From contig CAJINV010000001.1 of the NCBI GenBank assembly GCA_905178155.1, forward strand, positions 6,295,860-6,359,859: a DNA stretch of 64,000 bases, given 5' to 3'. The notes under the pieces were generated by a model. That model ran no database searches and was not told where the DNA came from. It saw nothing but the letters and a program-made list of their open reading frames with translations. Both the position numbers and the translations under genes were made by a program. Every line of letters starts with the position of its first letter. Position 1 is the first letter of the stretch. Shown one piece after another: positions 1-11,476 of the stretch. The DNA comes from Amoebophrya sp. A120. Lineage: Eukaryota > Protista > Dinoflagellata.

Positions 1-192
1 ATTGGTGGGGCCTTGATGTTGATGGAAACTTGCAATCACAGTGATAATTTTACCATTTTACAACTATCACCATAAAAAAATCGAGCAGCTACCCATTCAG
101 GCGATAATGAGACTGAGAGGTCGTAAAAGGGAATTCTAAGCAGGCGAAAACGCCGAACAGAATAAATTCATGATCACCATAAAAAAATGCAG

Positions 193-957
193 GTGAACCA
201 CCTTTCTCAGTTCCTGTTGACCAAGTTGGTTTGGAATCTGGTGGAACTTGCGGCCACGACGCGCGGCGACTGCCGTGTCATCACAAATACTTCCACTGCC
301 TACCTGTGGTCGTCCTGCAAAATTTTGAGCCCCTGGCCCTGCTTTAGCAAGACCATTCGTCCCAAGTACATGCAGAAAAATGGCGGGAAGCTAGGCGGGA
401 ACTTCGGTTTGCCGCTGGCCCCGTTGGGACCGCGGATGTACCGCTATGCGCAATCCAAGCTGGCCAACATCGTTTTTACTGCGGCGCTGGACGACCGCGT
501 GCGCAAAAGCGCGGTGGTTGGAGCTGGTGTTGGAGTGGACGGCGCAGACAAGAAAGCAGAGGGAGGCCCGAATCCGAAAATTCGCTGCATCACAGTGATG
601 CCGGGAGTCTGCATGGAGACGGAGTTGCTTGCCGCGTCGAAAAGGGGTAAGGGGGGCGGGATGCGGGAGCACTCCAAGTTTCTGTTCAACCTCGGCGGGC
701 ACGGAATCAAGACTGCCACTATATGCATGTTGATGGCGGTTGTGCATCCGGATATCGAGAGTGGCAGTCTCGTTGAACCGAAATACTGGCACAAGCTGCT
801 TATGATGGGTTTCGGCCGCAACCATACCCACGGGCCGCCCATGGTGCCGGCGCGGAAGGCGGAGGCGCCGCATTTCATGACGGCGGAAAAAAACAAGGAA
901 CTGCTTTGGAGCTGCAGTTTGGAAGCCGTCGGCGAAAAAGAATTTGACATTGCATAG
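193..957 (+). CDS. Short-chain dehydrogenase/reductase (retinol dehydrogenase/WWOX-like), last exon only
   Basis: VNHLSQFLLT matches the (Q)xNHLGHFLLT SDR motif; catalytic YxxSK in YAQSKLAN. Acceptor-like tgcag at 188-192; the N-terminal Rossmann part lies upstream of the window. Confidence 0.8.
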   Translation: MNHLSQFLLTKLVWNLVELAATTRGDCRVITNTSTAYLWSSCKILSPWPCFSKTIRPKYMQKNGGKLGGNFGLPLAPLGPRMYRYAQSKLANIVFTAALDDRVRKSAVVGAGVGVDGADKKAEGGPNPKIRCITVMPGVCMETELLAASKRGKGGGMREHSKFLFNLGGHGIKTATICMLMAVVHPDIESGSLVEPKYWHKLLMMGFGRNHTHGPPMVPARKAEAPHFMTAEKNKELLWSCSLEAVGEKEFDIA

Positions 958-1907
958 TACGTATGGCGACGACGTTTCGACCTTTTTATCTCGTCTCTGG
1001 ATCGCGGTTATTTTGCGTCCGTTGTTTCAACAAGTCAGGATCTAGCATTGTGCAAATTTTTCTATAAATTGTCCTGACATCGTTTCTACTGGTGTTCTTG
1101 CACTGGTGAACCAACAACTTAAAAGGCTTACCCTTTACTGTAAAGCAAAAGCAAAAAAACGCGAGATATTTGTTTCTCACTGTAACAGCAACGTCGAATT
1201 GAAATCAGTCGGTACTAGGGACGAGGAGTGTTGAAGTAGTAAGCTGTCGGTGCTTCGTGGTGATCAGCCCTCTTCCGTCTCACGACCTAGTGTCAGTCGT
1301 TCTCTCGGTCAGCTAGTACAACATGGTAAGGATCAAGACATCGGTGTACCCCAATTTTGTCCGTTGATAATTTTGCCAGAACGGAGATGTCACTCGTCCT
1401 TTCTCTGCTGATGGTGCTTCTACACTCATTTCTTGTACCAGCATGTAGACGTACAAATACGACTCGGTTTCACCAAATAGCGCCAGCGTCAGAGATGTGT
1501 CGGTGCCTCTGCAACACAGTTTTCCCAACTTCCATGTCGTCCATCGGTTGTGCTCGTCAGAATCGCGATAATATGTCGGTTACGGTTTCTTCAACATGGC
1601 TGACAAACAAGTACCGTCGGTTTTCGACGCGGTTCTGTCATTGAGCCTGACAAAAATCAATATTCTTCACCCACACAACTAAAACTCCACAGTACGTATC
1701 CTATCGCTAAACTACACTTTCACAATCTGAATCTTCACTTATCACGTCAGACCCCCATTTATTTCTTTCGCTTTCTGCTTTTGACACACAATGAATTCCT
1801 GGCGCCGCGGAGGCGTGTAGTACAACCATCGTTTTAATCCGATTTTTTTCTTGAGTCGCCCCCTGTTGCTTGTGCGTTTGCCTCCCCCTTCCAAAACCAA
1901 AACCAAA

Positions 1908-4406
1908 ATGTCGCATATCCGGGCCAAGCCTCCGAGGCGGCCCACCGGGGGACCGTCAATCGTAATCCCGCGGGGGGCACGGACTTCCTACCTGCAGCCA
2001 GCTCGTGTAAGCGGACCCGATAATTATCCTGACCCACAAGAACGTAAGGCCAGCACAGGAGAATCTGTAGTCCTGCACACTTCCCCCGGCGCGCAGCCGG
2101 AGGTGGATGGGATTGCTAGTATTGCAGGTCGTACGACGGCGGCGACGCCGCTCCTTTACCCAAACGACAACGAGGTCGACGAGCAGAACCGGCGCGCCAG
2201 TGTTTTCGACAAGGTCGAGCGGCGGTTCTCCTCGGTTTCCGGCAGCAAGCGCGAGGCCTACAATTCCCTGCTGCACATGTGTTCCGATGACGTGATCCGG
2301 GCGCACGGGTACGACCCCAACCGCTGGTCCTACCAAATCTACGAGTCGCAGTGGATGACGGGGTTGCTGGTGGCCGTGGTGGCCGTGAACGTGGTGCTGA
2401 TCGGGTTTGAAGCCGCTGAGCCGAGTGCGGAGGACGACGTGTTCATGTTTTCCACGTGGTGGTACGTGGAGCTGGTGTTCTTCGCGATCTACCTGAGCGA
2501 GCTCTGCCTCCGCCTGCACGCCTACGAGAGACGGCGCCTCTTCTTCGTACGCGGCGACTGGTTCAACAACACGCTCGACTCGTTCCTCATCGTGCTGCAG
2601 ATCTTCGAGCTGGTCGCCTCTGGGGCGATTCAGGTGGACCTCGGCTTCCTCAAGATGATCCGCCTCGCGCGGCTCACCAAGCTGAAGTGCAGCGAGTCGA
2701 TCATGCTCAACTTCGCCGTGTTGGTATCCAAGTGCACAAGAACTCCCCCACGACCTCCGCCGCGTCATTTGTCATTTGCAATAATCCAAATTGCTTCAAA
2801 GAAATCCTAATATTTAAGCTAAAGGTAAATGTAAATGCTAGTCGTGATCAACCCGTTGTCCTTGTGATCTCGCGACATTGCATGCGTGACCGATTGTGGA
2901 AGCGGCCGAGTCCGAGAGGACACGATCACGAACAAGAACAGGAGCACCACACACTAGAACCTCCTTGAATGTATGTGATCACTTTGTCATGCAAGAGCCG
3001 CATGCGCACGCGACCGCGACGCGCACCAGCATCGCTTCCAGCGGCAGCGCTTCTTTTGCAACTGTGCATGCAGCTACCATCCAAATGAATCAGCTCCTGC
3101 GGTGGAACGAGTGGGCTCTTGTGCACTCGGATAGCTGGCGCAGTCCACCTACGAGTCCGTTTTTCTCTTCTTCCTGTTGTTCCTCCTGATCGCCGTGAAC
3201 TCGACCATCGTCATGGTCTACCGCAAGTCTTTCGGCTCGTTCGATGACGACCACCTGGAAACCACCTTCTTCAAGGACTACCAAAACACGGTGTTGTCGT
3301 TCGCACAGATGACCATGGTGGACTCGACCTTCGGCAACGTGCGCAACATGTTCTCGGAGGCGCCGGCCCTGGGGGTGCTCTCCCTGTTGCACGTCATCTT
3401 CGGTTCGATCATGATCATGAACATGGTGATCGGTCTGGTCACCGACATCCAGTTTCGCACGCAGAAGGCCATCAGGTTGCAAACCAAGCTGGACAACGCC
3501 GTGGCGCTGGCCAATTGGCTGGTTGTGAATGTTGGGGAAATCGATTTCAAGCTCAACTCTTTAATCTTGGCCAAGGAAAAGAAAAAGAACGCGGCCGGGG
3601 CCGCTGCGGCGCACCAGCACTCGAAAAAGAAACATTATGACCTAGCCCGTCGCCCTTCGCAGCTCGACTCGTCGGATGCGCGCGATCTTGTCGAAGAGGC
3701 CATGACGGTTGGAGCTCACAACATCAAGAGTGACGCCGTGCAGTACTTCCATAGTACTGACACGTCGCCGCACCACAATAGTGTTTTGCGGCACGGGGGC
3801 CGGGGAGAACACGACACCATCGAAGAGGCCATGAAACAGCAGTCCAAGCACACGAGGCCGGAAAACGCGATCCCGACGCGGGACGAGCAGGACATGCACC
3901 TCAGCAAGGACAGCACGCAGCTCCGTGCGACGCAGGGGCTAACGATTCCCATCAGCGTGTTCTATGACCCCTCGGTGCAAGCAAAAATGCACGAAATCGG
4001 AGACATCGGCGAGGACAGCCTCCCCTCCGTCGTGATCTCCGCCATGCAGGAAACTGCGCGCGCGGCCGGCATCCTGGACGATGCCGAGTTGCGGTCTGTG
4101 ACCGCGTTGTCCGTCGCTGAGGCCGTGTACATGCGCGAATTGGACCTCGGCCGGGACGATGTTATCAACGCCAGTCAGGAAACCAAACGTGTGAGGAGCT
4201 TCGTCCACTGGAATACCCGGTTGCAGTTTCTTGGCATGGAGGTCCAGCGCATGGTCCTGTACGCCCTTGGAGACGTGGCAGGTGGTTCCAACAAGAACAA
4301 CGGCAAGAAACAAACAAACCCAACTCGAAAAGCAGCGCCCGGGTCCAGCAGCAAAAACACCTTCAAGGGGAAGCGATTTCCGGAGCGTGAAGGTGTCATG
4401 TTTTAA
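1908..4406 (+). CDS. Single-domain 6TM voltage-gated cation channel (Ion_trans), 2 exons (~1908-2723, ~3135-4406)
   Basis: S1-S3 hydrophobic helices, S4 LKMIRLARLTKL, then after the intron S5 (VFLFFLLFLLIAV), pore helix/filter FAQMTMVDSTF and S6 IMIMNMVIGLVTD. Both exons are in the same frame. Confidence 0.85.
2725..3133. mobile_element. Introner-like intron: TAT...ATA TIR with 5-bp direct repeats
   Basis: Left tatccaagtgcacaaga (2725-2741) and right tcttgtgcactcggata (3117-3133) are inverted at 16/17; flanks gttgg (2720-2724) and gctgg (3134-3138). Confidence 0.85.
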
Positions 4407-4718
4407 GTAGTTTTTTTTTACAGAAGATAGCAAAGATATTACTACGCTGCATAGGACCTCCTTCTGTTCCAACACGCACTTTAGTGATTGCTTTTACAGA
4501 TGAGCATGAGACGTTAAGAATGTCCTTGTGCTTATTTCTCGCTACTGTAAATAGAGATCATGTCCACACTTCATGTACCTGATAGCGGAGCATGTTCCTG
4601 TTTAGTCATACCAATAGTCGTCCTCAAAAATGTATTTGAAGTTGAATCTTCCTTTCATCCCTTTATGTTTCCGACCTCAAATTTTCTAGGCTCTACTTCC
4701 CCGCATGCGCCAGAGGAC

Positions 4719-6442
4719 ATGGATCACGAAGAGCTGGATGACACAATAAGTGCCTATGGAACAACCGCGGAAGGCGGGGCCAACATCGAAGGACCTGAAC
4801 AAGGGGGCAGTGTGGGTGCCCCGCTGGACGTGGATGATGTTTTGCTGCGCCACTCGCAGCTGGAGCTGCAACGGACGGCGTCAGACGCAACAACTCCTAA
4901 AGAGCGGCCCCATGGTCGGGAAGTTGCCGAGGGGTCAATTGTCGACGAGTCTGTGGATCCGAGGGTGAATGTGCGTCAGGGGTTGTTTACCAGTGCCATG
5001 CACCAGCGGATAGAACAAGAACACAAAAATGCAGGCACCGCGACAGACAGGGGCCCAAGAGGTGCTAAAGATCTGACCTCTGTTAATGTTTCGAGCGGGC
5101 AAGATCTAGACAGTGTCGATCCATCGCAGGACATGCTCGAAGAATTGAATGTGATACGCAAGCAACAAAACGCCATCCATGGTTTATCAAAAACGGACGA
5201 CCTGCCGGCCGAGGTGTACAAGCGGCTCATTCTGGAGCGCTGTGCCGTCGTGAGGAACACGGCGGGAGCTGGTTCGTCCAAGAAAATCGGTGAAGAAGCC
5301 CGCCAGTCAGCTGCATTCGCGGAACCACTCAGCACCGAAGATCCAACGAGACGAGAGCTGGCCTCAACTTCAACTACCTACCTGACCCTAGCCGACCCAC
5401 GCGACTCCAGTACTACATCAGAGGCTGACGTCATGTACAAGTTTCTGCACCAATTGTACAGCAAGTGCGATGCTGTTATGCTGCCGTGCACAACTCGCTT
5501 CTTACTCACATTTGTCTATTCCACCCTGGCCGGCGGCCGCGGCCCATCGAAGTTGCGAAGATATTTGCGTTTATCCTTTATTCTGGTTCGTGATTTGTGG
5601 AACCACGCGAATTGAACTTCGCCAAGTTTATCTGTGGATCGAGCGGATCATAAAAAAACGGACTTGCTAACAGCTTTCGCTTTCGTGCATGAGTGTAGTA
5701 AGCTATGTGTCCGGATCAACAGAATGTAATCGTATCTATGAACATGAGTAGCAGCCTCATCTTTGAAAAATGTTGGCGGGCTCGAATTTATTTGTTGAGG
5801 GTGAAGCGATTTGCGCATCTCATAGCGGAAGACCTGTTTCCCTGTGCCGGAACGATGGCCTCCCGAACTGTCGAGATCATCGAGGACGTTGTGCGGGAAC
5901 GGCCGTCCAGTTCTGTCGCCCAAGTTCCGCTTATGAAAAGGACAATCACAATTTTTTATTCGTCTCTGGTCCTCTCAAAAGCCGTCTGGTCACGACATTG
6001 CATGGTATTGTTTACGAGGATGAGTTTGAAGAACAGATATTTGTATCTGTTCCTCGTAAGGCTAAAGTTGTCTTATCTAAAGATGCGCTCCTGCATTTCG
6101 CCTTTCATCTGCATATAATCGACTCGGGGGTGTGGATCAGAAAGCATTCTTAAAGAACATTTGTACCGTTGGTAGACGCCAATTCCAAATCGTAGATGTA
6201 CTGTAAAAATAGCCAAGAAGACTTGGTTTTTTCATCTTCCTCCTGCTTATTAGTGTTATGCTTGTGGTCAGCGTGGACCGGCGTTTGTACCGTAGAGGCG
6301 CTTGCATTTTGTCCTTTCCATACCGGTATCGGAAGTACTGCAGGAGACGATCCAAGACTCCCTGCGGAAGGAGTTGCTGCAGCACGGTCTCACGGTGGAC
6401 ACACAAATCCTACGAACCAAGATCGGACAAAACATTTCGTGA
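4719..6442 (+). CDS. Hypothetical protein, probably 3 exons (~4719-5464, 5800-5929, 6326-6442); start uncertain
   Basis: Coding-like composition. Tentative GT-AG intron 5465-5799 joins LYSK|VKRFAHL; removing the TIR intron joins QVP|VSEVLQETIQDSLRKELL...NIS*. No recognisable domain. Confidence 0.5.
5932..6322. mobile_element. Introner-like non-canonical intron (TAT...ATA TIR, 5-bp DR)
   Basis: tatgaaaaggacaa (5932-5945) vs ttgtcctttccata (6309-6322), 13/14 inverted; flanks ccgct (5927-5931) and ccggt (6323-6327). Confidence 0.75.
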
Positions 6443-7290
6443 AAGCAGTGAAATTGAGTTGTTTCTGGTCTTCTCGATCATTACAAGAGTAGCACTTTGA
6501 TGTTTTCGCTCAAGCCATTCCAACCAAAAAATTTTGCTTTTTCTTTTTCTTTGCACAACATTCAATGTTTATTGCACTACCACTTTCTTTTACTATCGAT
6601 CCTCATAGCACGGGAGAGTGCACATGAGCATGTGTACTTCATTTTTCTTTCTGGTTTACCCTCATATTTCGCATTCAGTTGCTTGTATATCCTGCTTATG
6701 CACCAGCAGCTTATTGCTTTGCTGCAGGTGCAGAGTCGTGTTTTGCTTTTCGGGCATAATACGATTCTCCTTCGCCTTCTAACTACAGTATGTTGAAAAT
6801 GATAGTGGATCCATCTACTTAAGTAAAATTTCATGCTGGGCATGATACGCACGGTCGTGGTTGAATGGAGCTGCCTCCTCTTTCGAGGACTATGAGTGCT
6901 TCTCTCCGACGGAGATGGAGAATTGAGTCGACACGAATGATTACTTTCACTGCCCGACCTATCGAGTAACAACTGAAGGTACGACCGCTGCTCTGATGTG
7001 TACGTATCTATCAAGATCAATTCATCTTTCTTGATTTCATCGGTCTGGTGCCCTTCCATGCCCTGTGTTCCAAATAGTTCAGGAGAGGCCACCGCCGACC
7101 ATCACCCTCCGAAAGTGGAAATAATTGTATGTTGTACCGGTGATAGTGTAGGCGTAACGGGAAGATAGTTATTTCACAAGCTAAGAACTACGTCGTCTAC
7201 GACGTCGACAGACCAATAACATTGATGAAGACCACTCCATAGAGGTTAAGAAAGTAGCGTCTACAACAAAGGTAAAGAATTCATTCAAAA

Positions 7291-8622
7291 ATGGTAGCTG
7301 TCCACAAGGAGCGCGCGCGTGGGGGAAAACACGCGCTGAAGGATGCTGCCGTTGATATGGTCGGAAACTGGTTGAGGAATCAAGCAAAAACGGATGCTCC
7401 GAAAGCTGAAGCACCCGAGTATTCTCCCGAGGGCTTGAAAACTCAGACGGTTCAGCGCCTTTGGGAGGGTTACGGTGCTATTGTCCGGGTGTCGCTTCCT
7501 CCGGCAATTACGGCATTCTTGCATACAGGCGGAGCTTTAGAAAATGTATCCACAGTCGTGCTAAAGTGCATTCAGCCACCGGTACTAGGCAACTCGACAT
7601 CGGATGTTCTTAACCCGCCGTCCCTGTCACACCAGCGCAAACTGAAGTCGTATCAGGTCGAGGCTAATTTTTACGAACACTTCCTACCGAAGCTAGACCT
7701 ACGCCGCGTCCGCGTTCCGCGCCTTTTGCACCGCGACTGTTCAACATCCGACAGCACGTCCTTGGGTTTCATCCTGGAAGACCTAGATGCTGCCGGCTTT
7801 CCTGAGAGAAAGCACTCCCTTTCTGCTCGCACCGTTCGCCCGGTTCTCACTTGGTTGGCACGGTTTCACAAAACCTTCCTGTACTGTGACACTGACCAGC
7901 GGAGCACTGGCAGCAGGACAAATAGCAATGTGGTAAGTAGCAACTCAGTGGCGCAAGCTTTGATATGGCCCGAGGGTTGCTACTGGCACCTAGACACCCG
8001 TCCGGACGAGTTCCAGCGGATCTCGCCGAAAGACAGCCCGTTGCGCCGGTACGCGGGAAGCTTCGACGAAAAGTTGAAGGCTGCAAAATGGAAAACGGTG
8101 GTGCATGGGGATGCAAAAATCGAGAATTTTTGCTTTCCGCCAACAAACGGAGCCGCCCCGGCTGAGACAGACGTGGCTGCAGTGGACTTTCAGTACACGG
8201 GATTCGGTGTGGGAGTCCGAGACGTCGCGTACTGCCTGGGCGGTTGGGGATTGTCGGAAAGTGAGATGGAAAAGAGCGCGGAGGAGCTGCTTGATTTCTA
8301 CTTTGCAGAACTCAAAACCTACCAGCCACGGACGATGACAGTACTACGCGAAACATGCGAGGAGAATGGGGGAGAAGTAGCTGGAGATTCTCGTGCGAAA
8401 AAAGACACCATTGATCATCACGATCAAGATTTTCTCGCAGAAGTGGAAGCTGAGTGGCGCGAGTTGTGGCCAGTGTGCTTCGCCGATTTCGAGCGGTTTT
8501 TGGCGGGCTGGGCTTCAGGCCATGATTGGAAAAGAAGTGGCCGCTACACGGTTCGTATGGTTGAGAAAGCGATCCAAATGGTTCAAGGAAATAGCTTGAA
8601 TGCGAACTCTTGCTCTTCATGA
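7291..8622 (+). CDS. Ecdysteroid-kinase-like / choline-aminoglycoside phosphotransferase family protein
   Basis: Intronless 443 aa ORF; Brenner-type motif VHGDAKIENF and metal-binding VDFQY; N-lobe LWEGYG and SYQVEANFY. Confidence 0.85.
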   Translation: MVAVHKERARGGKHALKDAAVDMVGNWLRNQAKTDAPKAEAPEYSPEGLKTQTVQRLWEGYGAIVRVSLPPAITAFLHTGGALENVSTVVLKCIQPPVLGNSTSDVLNPPSLSHQRKLKSYQVEANFYEHFLPKLDLRRVRVPRLLHRDCSTSDSTSLGFILEDLDAAGFPERKHSLSARTVRPVLTWLARFHKTFLYCDTDQRSTGSRTNSNVVSSNSVAQALIWPEGCYWHLDTRPDEFQRISPKDSPLRRYAGSFDEKLKAAKWKTVVHGDAKIENFCFPPTNGAAPAETDVAAVDFQYTGFGVGVRDVAYCLGGWGLSESEMEKSAEELLDFYFAELKTYQPRTMTVLRETCEENGGEVAGDSRAKKDTIDHHDQDFLAEVEAEWRELWPVCFADFERFLAGWASGHDWKRSGRYTVRMVEKAIQMVQGNSLNANSCSS

Positions 8623-9241
8623 AATTTACTGAGCTGCGAACTCAACACTTTCATCATCTGGTTCAAAACGACGAATGAGCGTAGCGAGCGGCGCACGACT
8701 TCTCGTGCAGCATAGCGAGAGTCCGGCGACATCCGCCAACTACAGCGACAGGAAAGTATGATCAGCGGTGTCGTGCTGTAGTTTTTTCTTTCCTAATTTC
8801 TTGTGGAGGGCAGCGTCCTCGAGTTGCAGTCGTGGACTTCGTTTGCAACCGCGCGAAGCCACCTCTTCTTGAGACCGAGTGACATTTACTTCATTTTTAC
8901 GCTGCAATGCATTGCTACCTCTGTAGTTGTGTGATGGCTGCGATGAGGTGGAGCATTTTTACGGACCCAAAAACGATGAAAGTTTTCTTGAAAGTGTACA
9001 GAATAATGGCAAGAAGGAGAGCGAGTGAGTCGTTTACTTGTTGATAGAGACCACGAGATGACGGCAGTGAGTCCTCTCCGTGGTTTACTATTTTTTATTT
9101 TTGACAAGCCAATGTAAAAGAATCTGAATCGACTACACTTCGCATCGTAGTAGTTTCCGGTATTTGTACTTGCAGCACTACAAAAAACGTCGTGACACGA
9201 AACAAGTTCCACGGGAGCAGCTCCACCACCGGCACCGCGCG

Positions 9242-10025
9242 ATGTCCACTACTGGTAGCAAAAAGAGTCGCGCGGGTACTCCGGTGCACCGTGCGAAAAA
9301 GTGGTCGGCGAAGCAGAGCCTGGTGGAGGAGTACGTGCAGAAGTACCAACTGGAGAAGGTTTTGAACGAGATGTTCCACAAACTCCTGGAAACCAAGCCG
9401 GATCACCCGGTGGATGTGATGTTGCAGCACCTTATCTTCACAAGAAAAAGTGCTAACGTTAACGGAATTTGTGATGCAGTAACGCATCAGAAAAGATGCC
9501 CAAATTTGTATTGCGTTGCATGCATGGAAGGCAAAATTTGTAATGCATAGCTGCCATCTGTGAAAACCGAAACCGTTAACGTTAACACTTTTTTGTTTGA
9601 TACACCTGTTTGACAAACTCCCGGACGACTGCAACGAGGAGACCATCGCGGAGTGCTGGGACATGCTGGCCAGAACGCGCACCAACTCCACCTTGATGCC
9701 GCGGGACATGGCCTCCTGGGCGGCGCGGGACCCGCTCCAATACGCGACCTCCAACTCGGGCAGCGGCAAGCCGGTCAACAGTGCGTCAAGCAGCTCCGCG
9801 GGCAACGGCGGTGCTGCTGAGGACGAGGACAAGACGCTGCCCCCCGGCGGTCTCGTTTGCGAGGAAGCACCACCGGCGAGTCCAACCGAGGCGGATGCGA
9901 GTGTGGGCGCAGGAGGAGCATCAGAAGTCGCGGCTCCTGTGGAGACAAATAATGGTGAGGCGGGTGGCGGGAGTGAAGAACCTGCTGCGGCACCGGAAGC
10001 GGACGAACAGGGTGGTGCTGAATGA
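9242..10025 (+). CDS. Small protein with Dpy-30/RIIa-like dimerisation-docking domain, 2 exons
   Basis: EEYVQKYQLEKVLNEMFHKLLETKPDHPVDVMLQHL fits the D/D (KPxxP) pattern. Removing 175 nt joins QHL|FDKLPDD in frame; acidic low-complexity tail. Confidence 0.7.
9433..9602. mobile_element. Introner-like non-canonical intron (TATC...GATA, perfect CACCT direct repeat)
   Basis: cacct at 9428-9432 and 9603-9607; inverted arms 9445-9465 and 9573-9593 match 20/21; ends tatc/gata. Confidence 0.9.
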
Positions 10026-10648
10026 TGCGTCGTTTTTAGAAAGTCGAAGATGCAAATGGTATAGTCCTTGTCGTTGTCATAGAAATTCTTGGCGCAGCAA
10101 CTGCTCGTTGTGTCACTTTCGTCGAAGCAATCATTGGAGCCGACTCGCGTGACGTGGGAGTAAGTATCAAATAACTGGCCAGTAAGAAACTTGTTCAATA
10201 TGTTGAAGACTGATATTGATTCCAGCGCACGCGGGTTAGACTCAGACGATGCACTGTGTGTGGAGTGAAAGAGTGTTCTCTGGAACGGTGTTGCATGCCT
10301 CGTTCTCGTGCCGAATTTGCAGCTTGATTTTGGAGGAGGCCCTCGTATTTATGTCACAAGTGGTTCCCCCTCTGCAAGGAATGCCCGCAAAAGACCAACG
10401 TGTTGTAAGATCAATCAGTATTGAGCACGACGCACGAGGAAAACGAAAAGCATCTGCTTTAGAAGTTTACGCTGCAGGCACGATCTTCCCTTCATCCCAG
10501 ATCCTCGCGCATTTTACCAGGTCCTCACGCTCACTTCCACCCCATCATGTGATGTCGAAGGTCCTCAGTGTTGACAGATTCATTCAGAGAATTTGCGTTT
10601 TAGATTTAGACTATGACTTCTAAGAAAGCTTTTTAGAGAGACACCGGC

Positions 10649-11386
10649 ATGGTGGACCCAGGTGCCGCGCTTTTGGTGAACGGCGGTGTGCCTAGTGGCA
10701 CCTTCGACCAGATCCAGGTAAAGACAAAGGCCGAGGCCGACAAGATTATGTGTCCGAAGGCGAACGGGACGACGGACGCGCCCCCGCCCTACGTCGGCCA
10801 ACTGCGGTGGAACTGCGACCAGGCTGAGGCGAATCAGATCTGTTGCTTCAACCGCCACTACGCGGAGCACAGCGGCTACTGGGAGCGAAAAACGAAGTTC
10901 TTCGCGGAAGAAGACGCGAAAATCAGGACGGAGCTGAAGCTCTCGGGGGAGGGAAATCTCCCCGAGCAGCATCAAGTCACGTTCTACGACACCATCACTT
11001 CGAAGCCGTTGTTTAGGGCGCCGCGCGGTCGCTCGTGGAACGCGTTCATTCTCGAATCCAGGCAGCACGGCTGGCCCAGTTTCCGCGACGAAGAAGTGCT
11101 GACGGGGCACGTGAGAATCCTGCCGGGGGGAGAAGCTGTGTCCACGGCAGGGACACACCTGGGGCACAACATTCCAGACAAGAAGGGCAACCGATACTGC
11201 ATTAATCTGGTCAGTGTGTGCGGCCACGGACCGGCGCGGCGGAGGTCGAGAGCGTCTGAAGATGGTCAAGATGGTGGAGACAATGGTCCAGGTGGTGGTG
11301 GCGGAGGTAGTCGTATTAACTCATCGAAGGCCTTGGGCTTGGGCGCGGATCTCAAGGGAGCGCTGGGAAAGAACAAGCAGACTTGA
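10649..11386 (+). CDS. msrB: Methionine-R-sulfoxide reductase (MsrB/SelR-like)
   Basis: GWPSF, HLGH and RYCIN (catalytic Cys) motifs; KPLF strand. Confidence 0.8.
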   Translation: MVDPGAALLVNGGVPSGTFDQIQVKTKAEADKIMCPKANGTTDAPPPYVGQLRWNCDQAEANQICCFNRHYAEHSGYWERKTKFFAEEDAKIRTELKLSGEGNLPEQHQVTFYDTITSKPLFRAPRGRSWNAFILESRQHGWPSFRDEEVLTGHVRILPGGEAVSTAGTHLGHNIPDKKGNRYCINLVSVCGHGPARRRSRASEDGQDGGDNGPGGGGGGSRINSSKALGLGADLKGALGKNKQT

Positions 11387-11417
11387 GCATGATGAAGGGC
11401 CCATTTTTCCGGTCGAT

Positions 11418-11476
11418 GATGAACGTGTAAAGCTTCCTGCTGATCTGCAGCTGATGAACGTGTAAAGCTTTCTGCC
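11418..11476. repeat. Short direct duplication (35-bp period) of tgatgaacgtgtaaagcttyctgc in the 3' flank of msrB
   Basis: Two near-identical copies read directly from the sequence. Confidence 0.8.

Noticed and set aside
9095-10198. 367-aa minus-strand ORF (and other long antisense ORFs, e.g. 1956-2768, 24399-25352)
   Set aside because: Antisense shadows of GC3-rich plus-strand genes; no motifs of their own.
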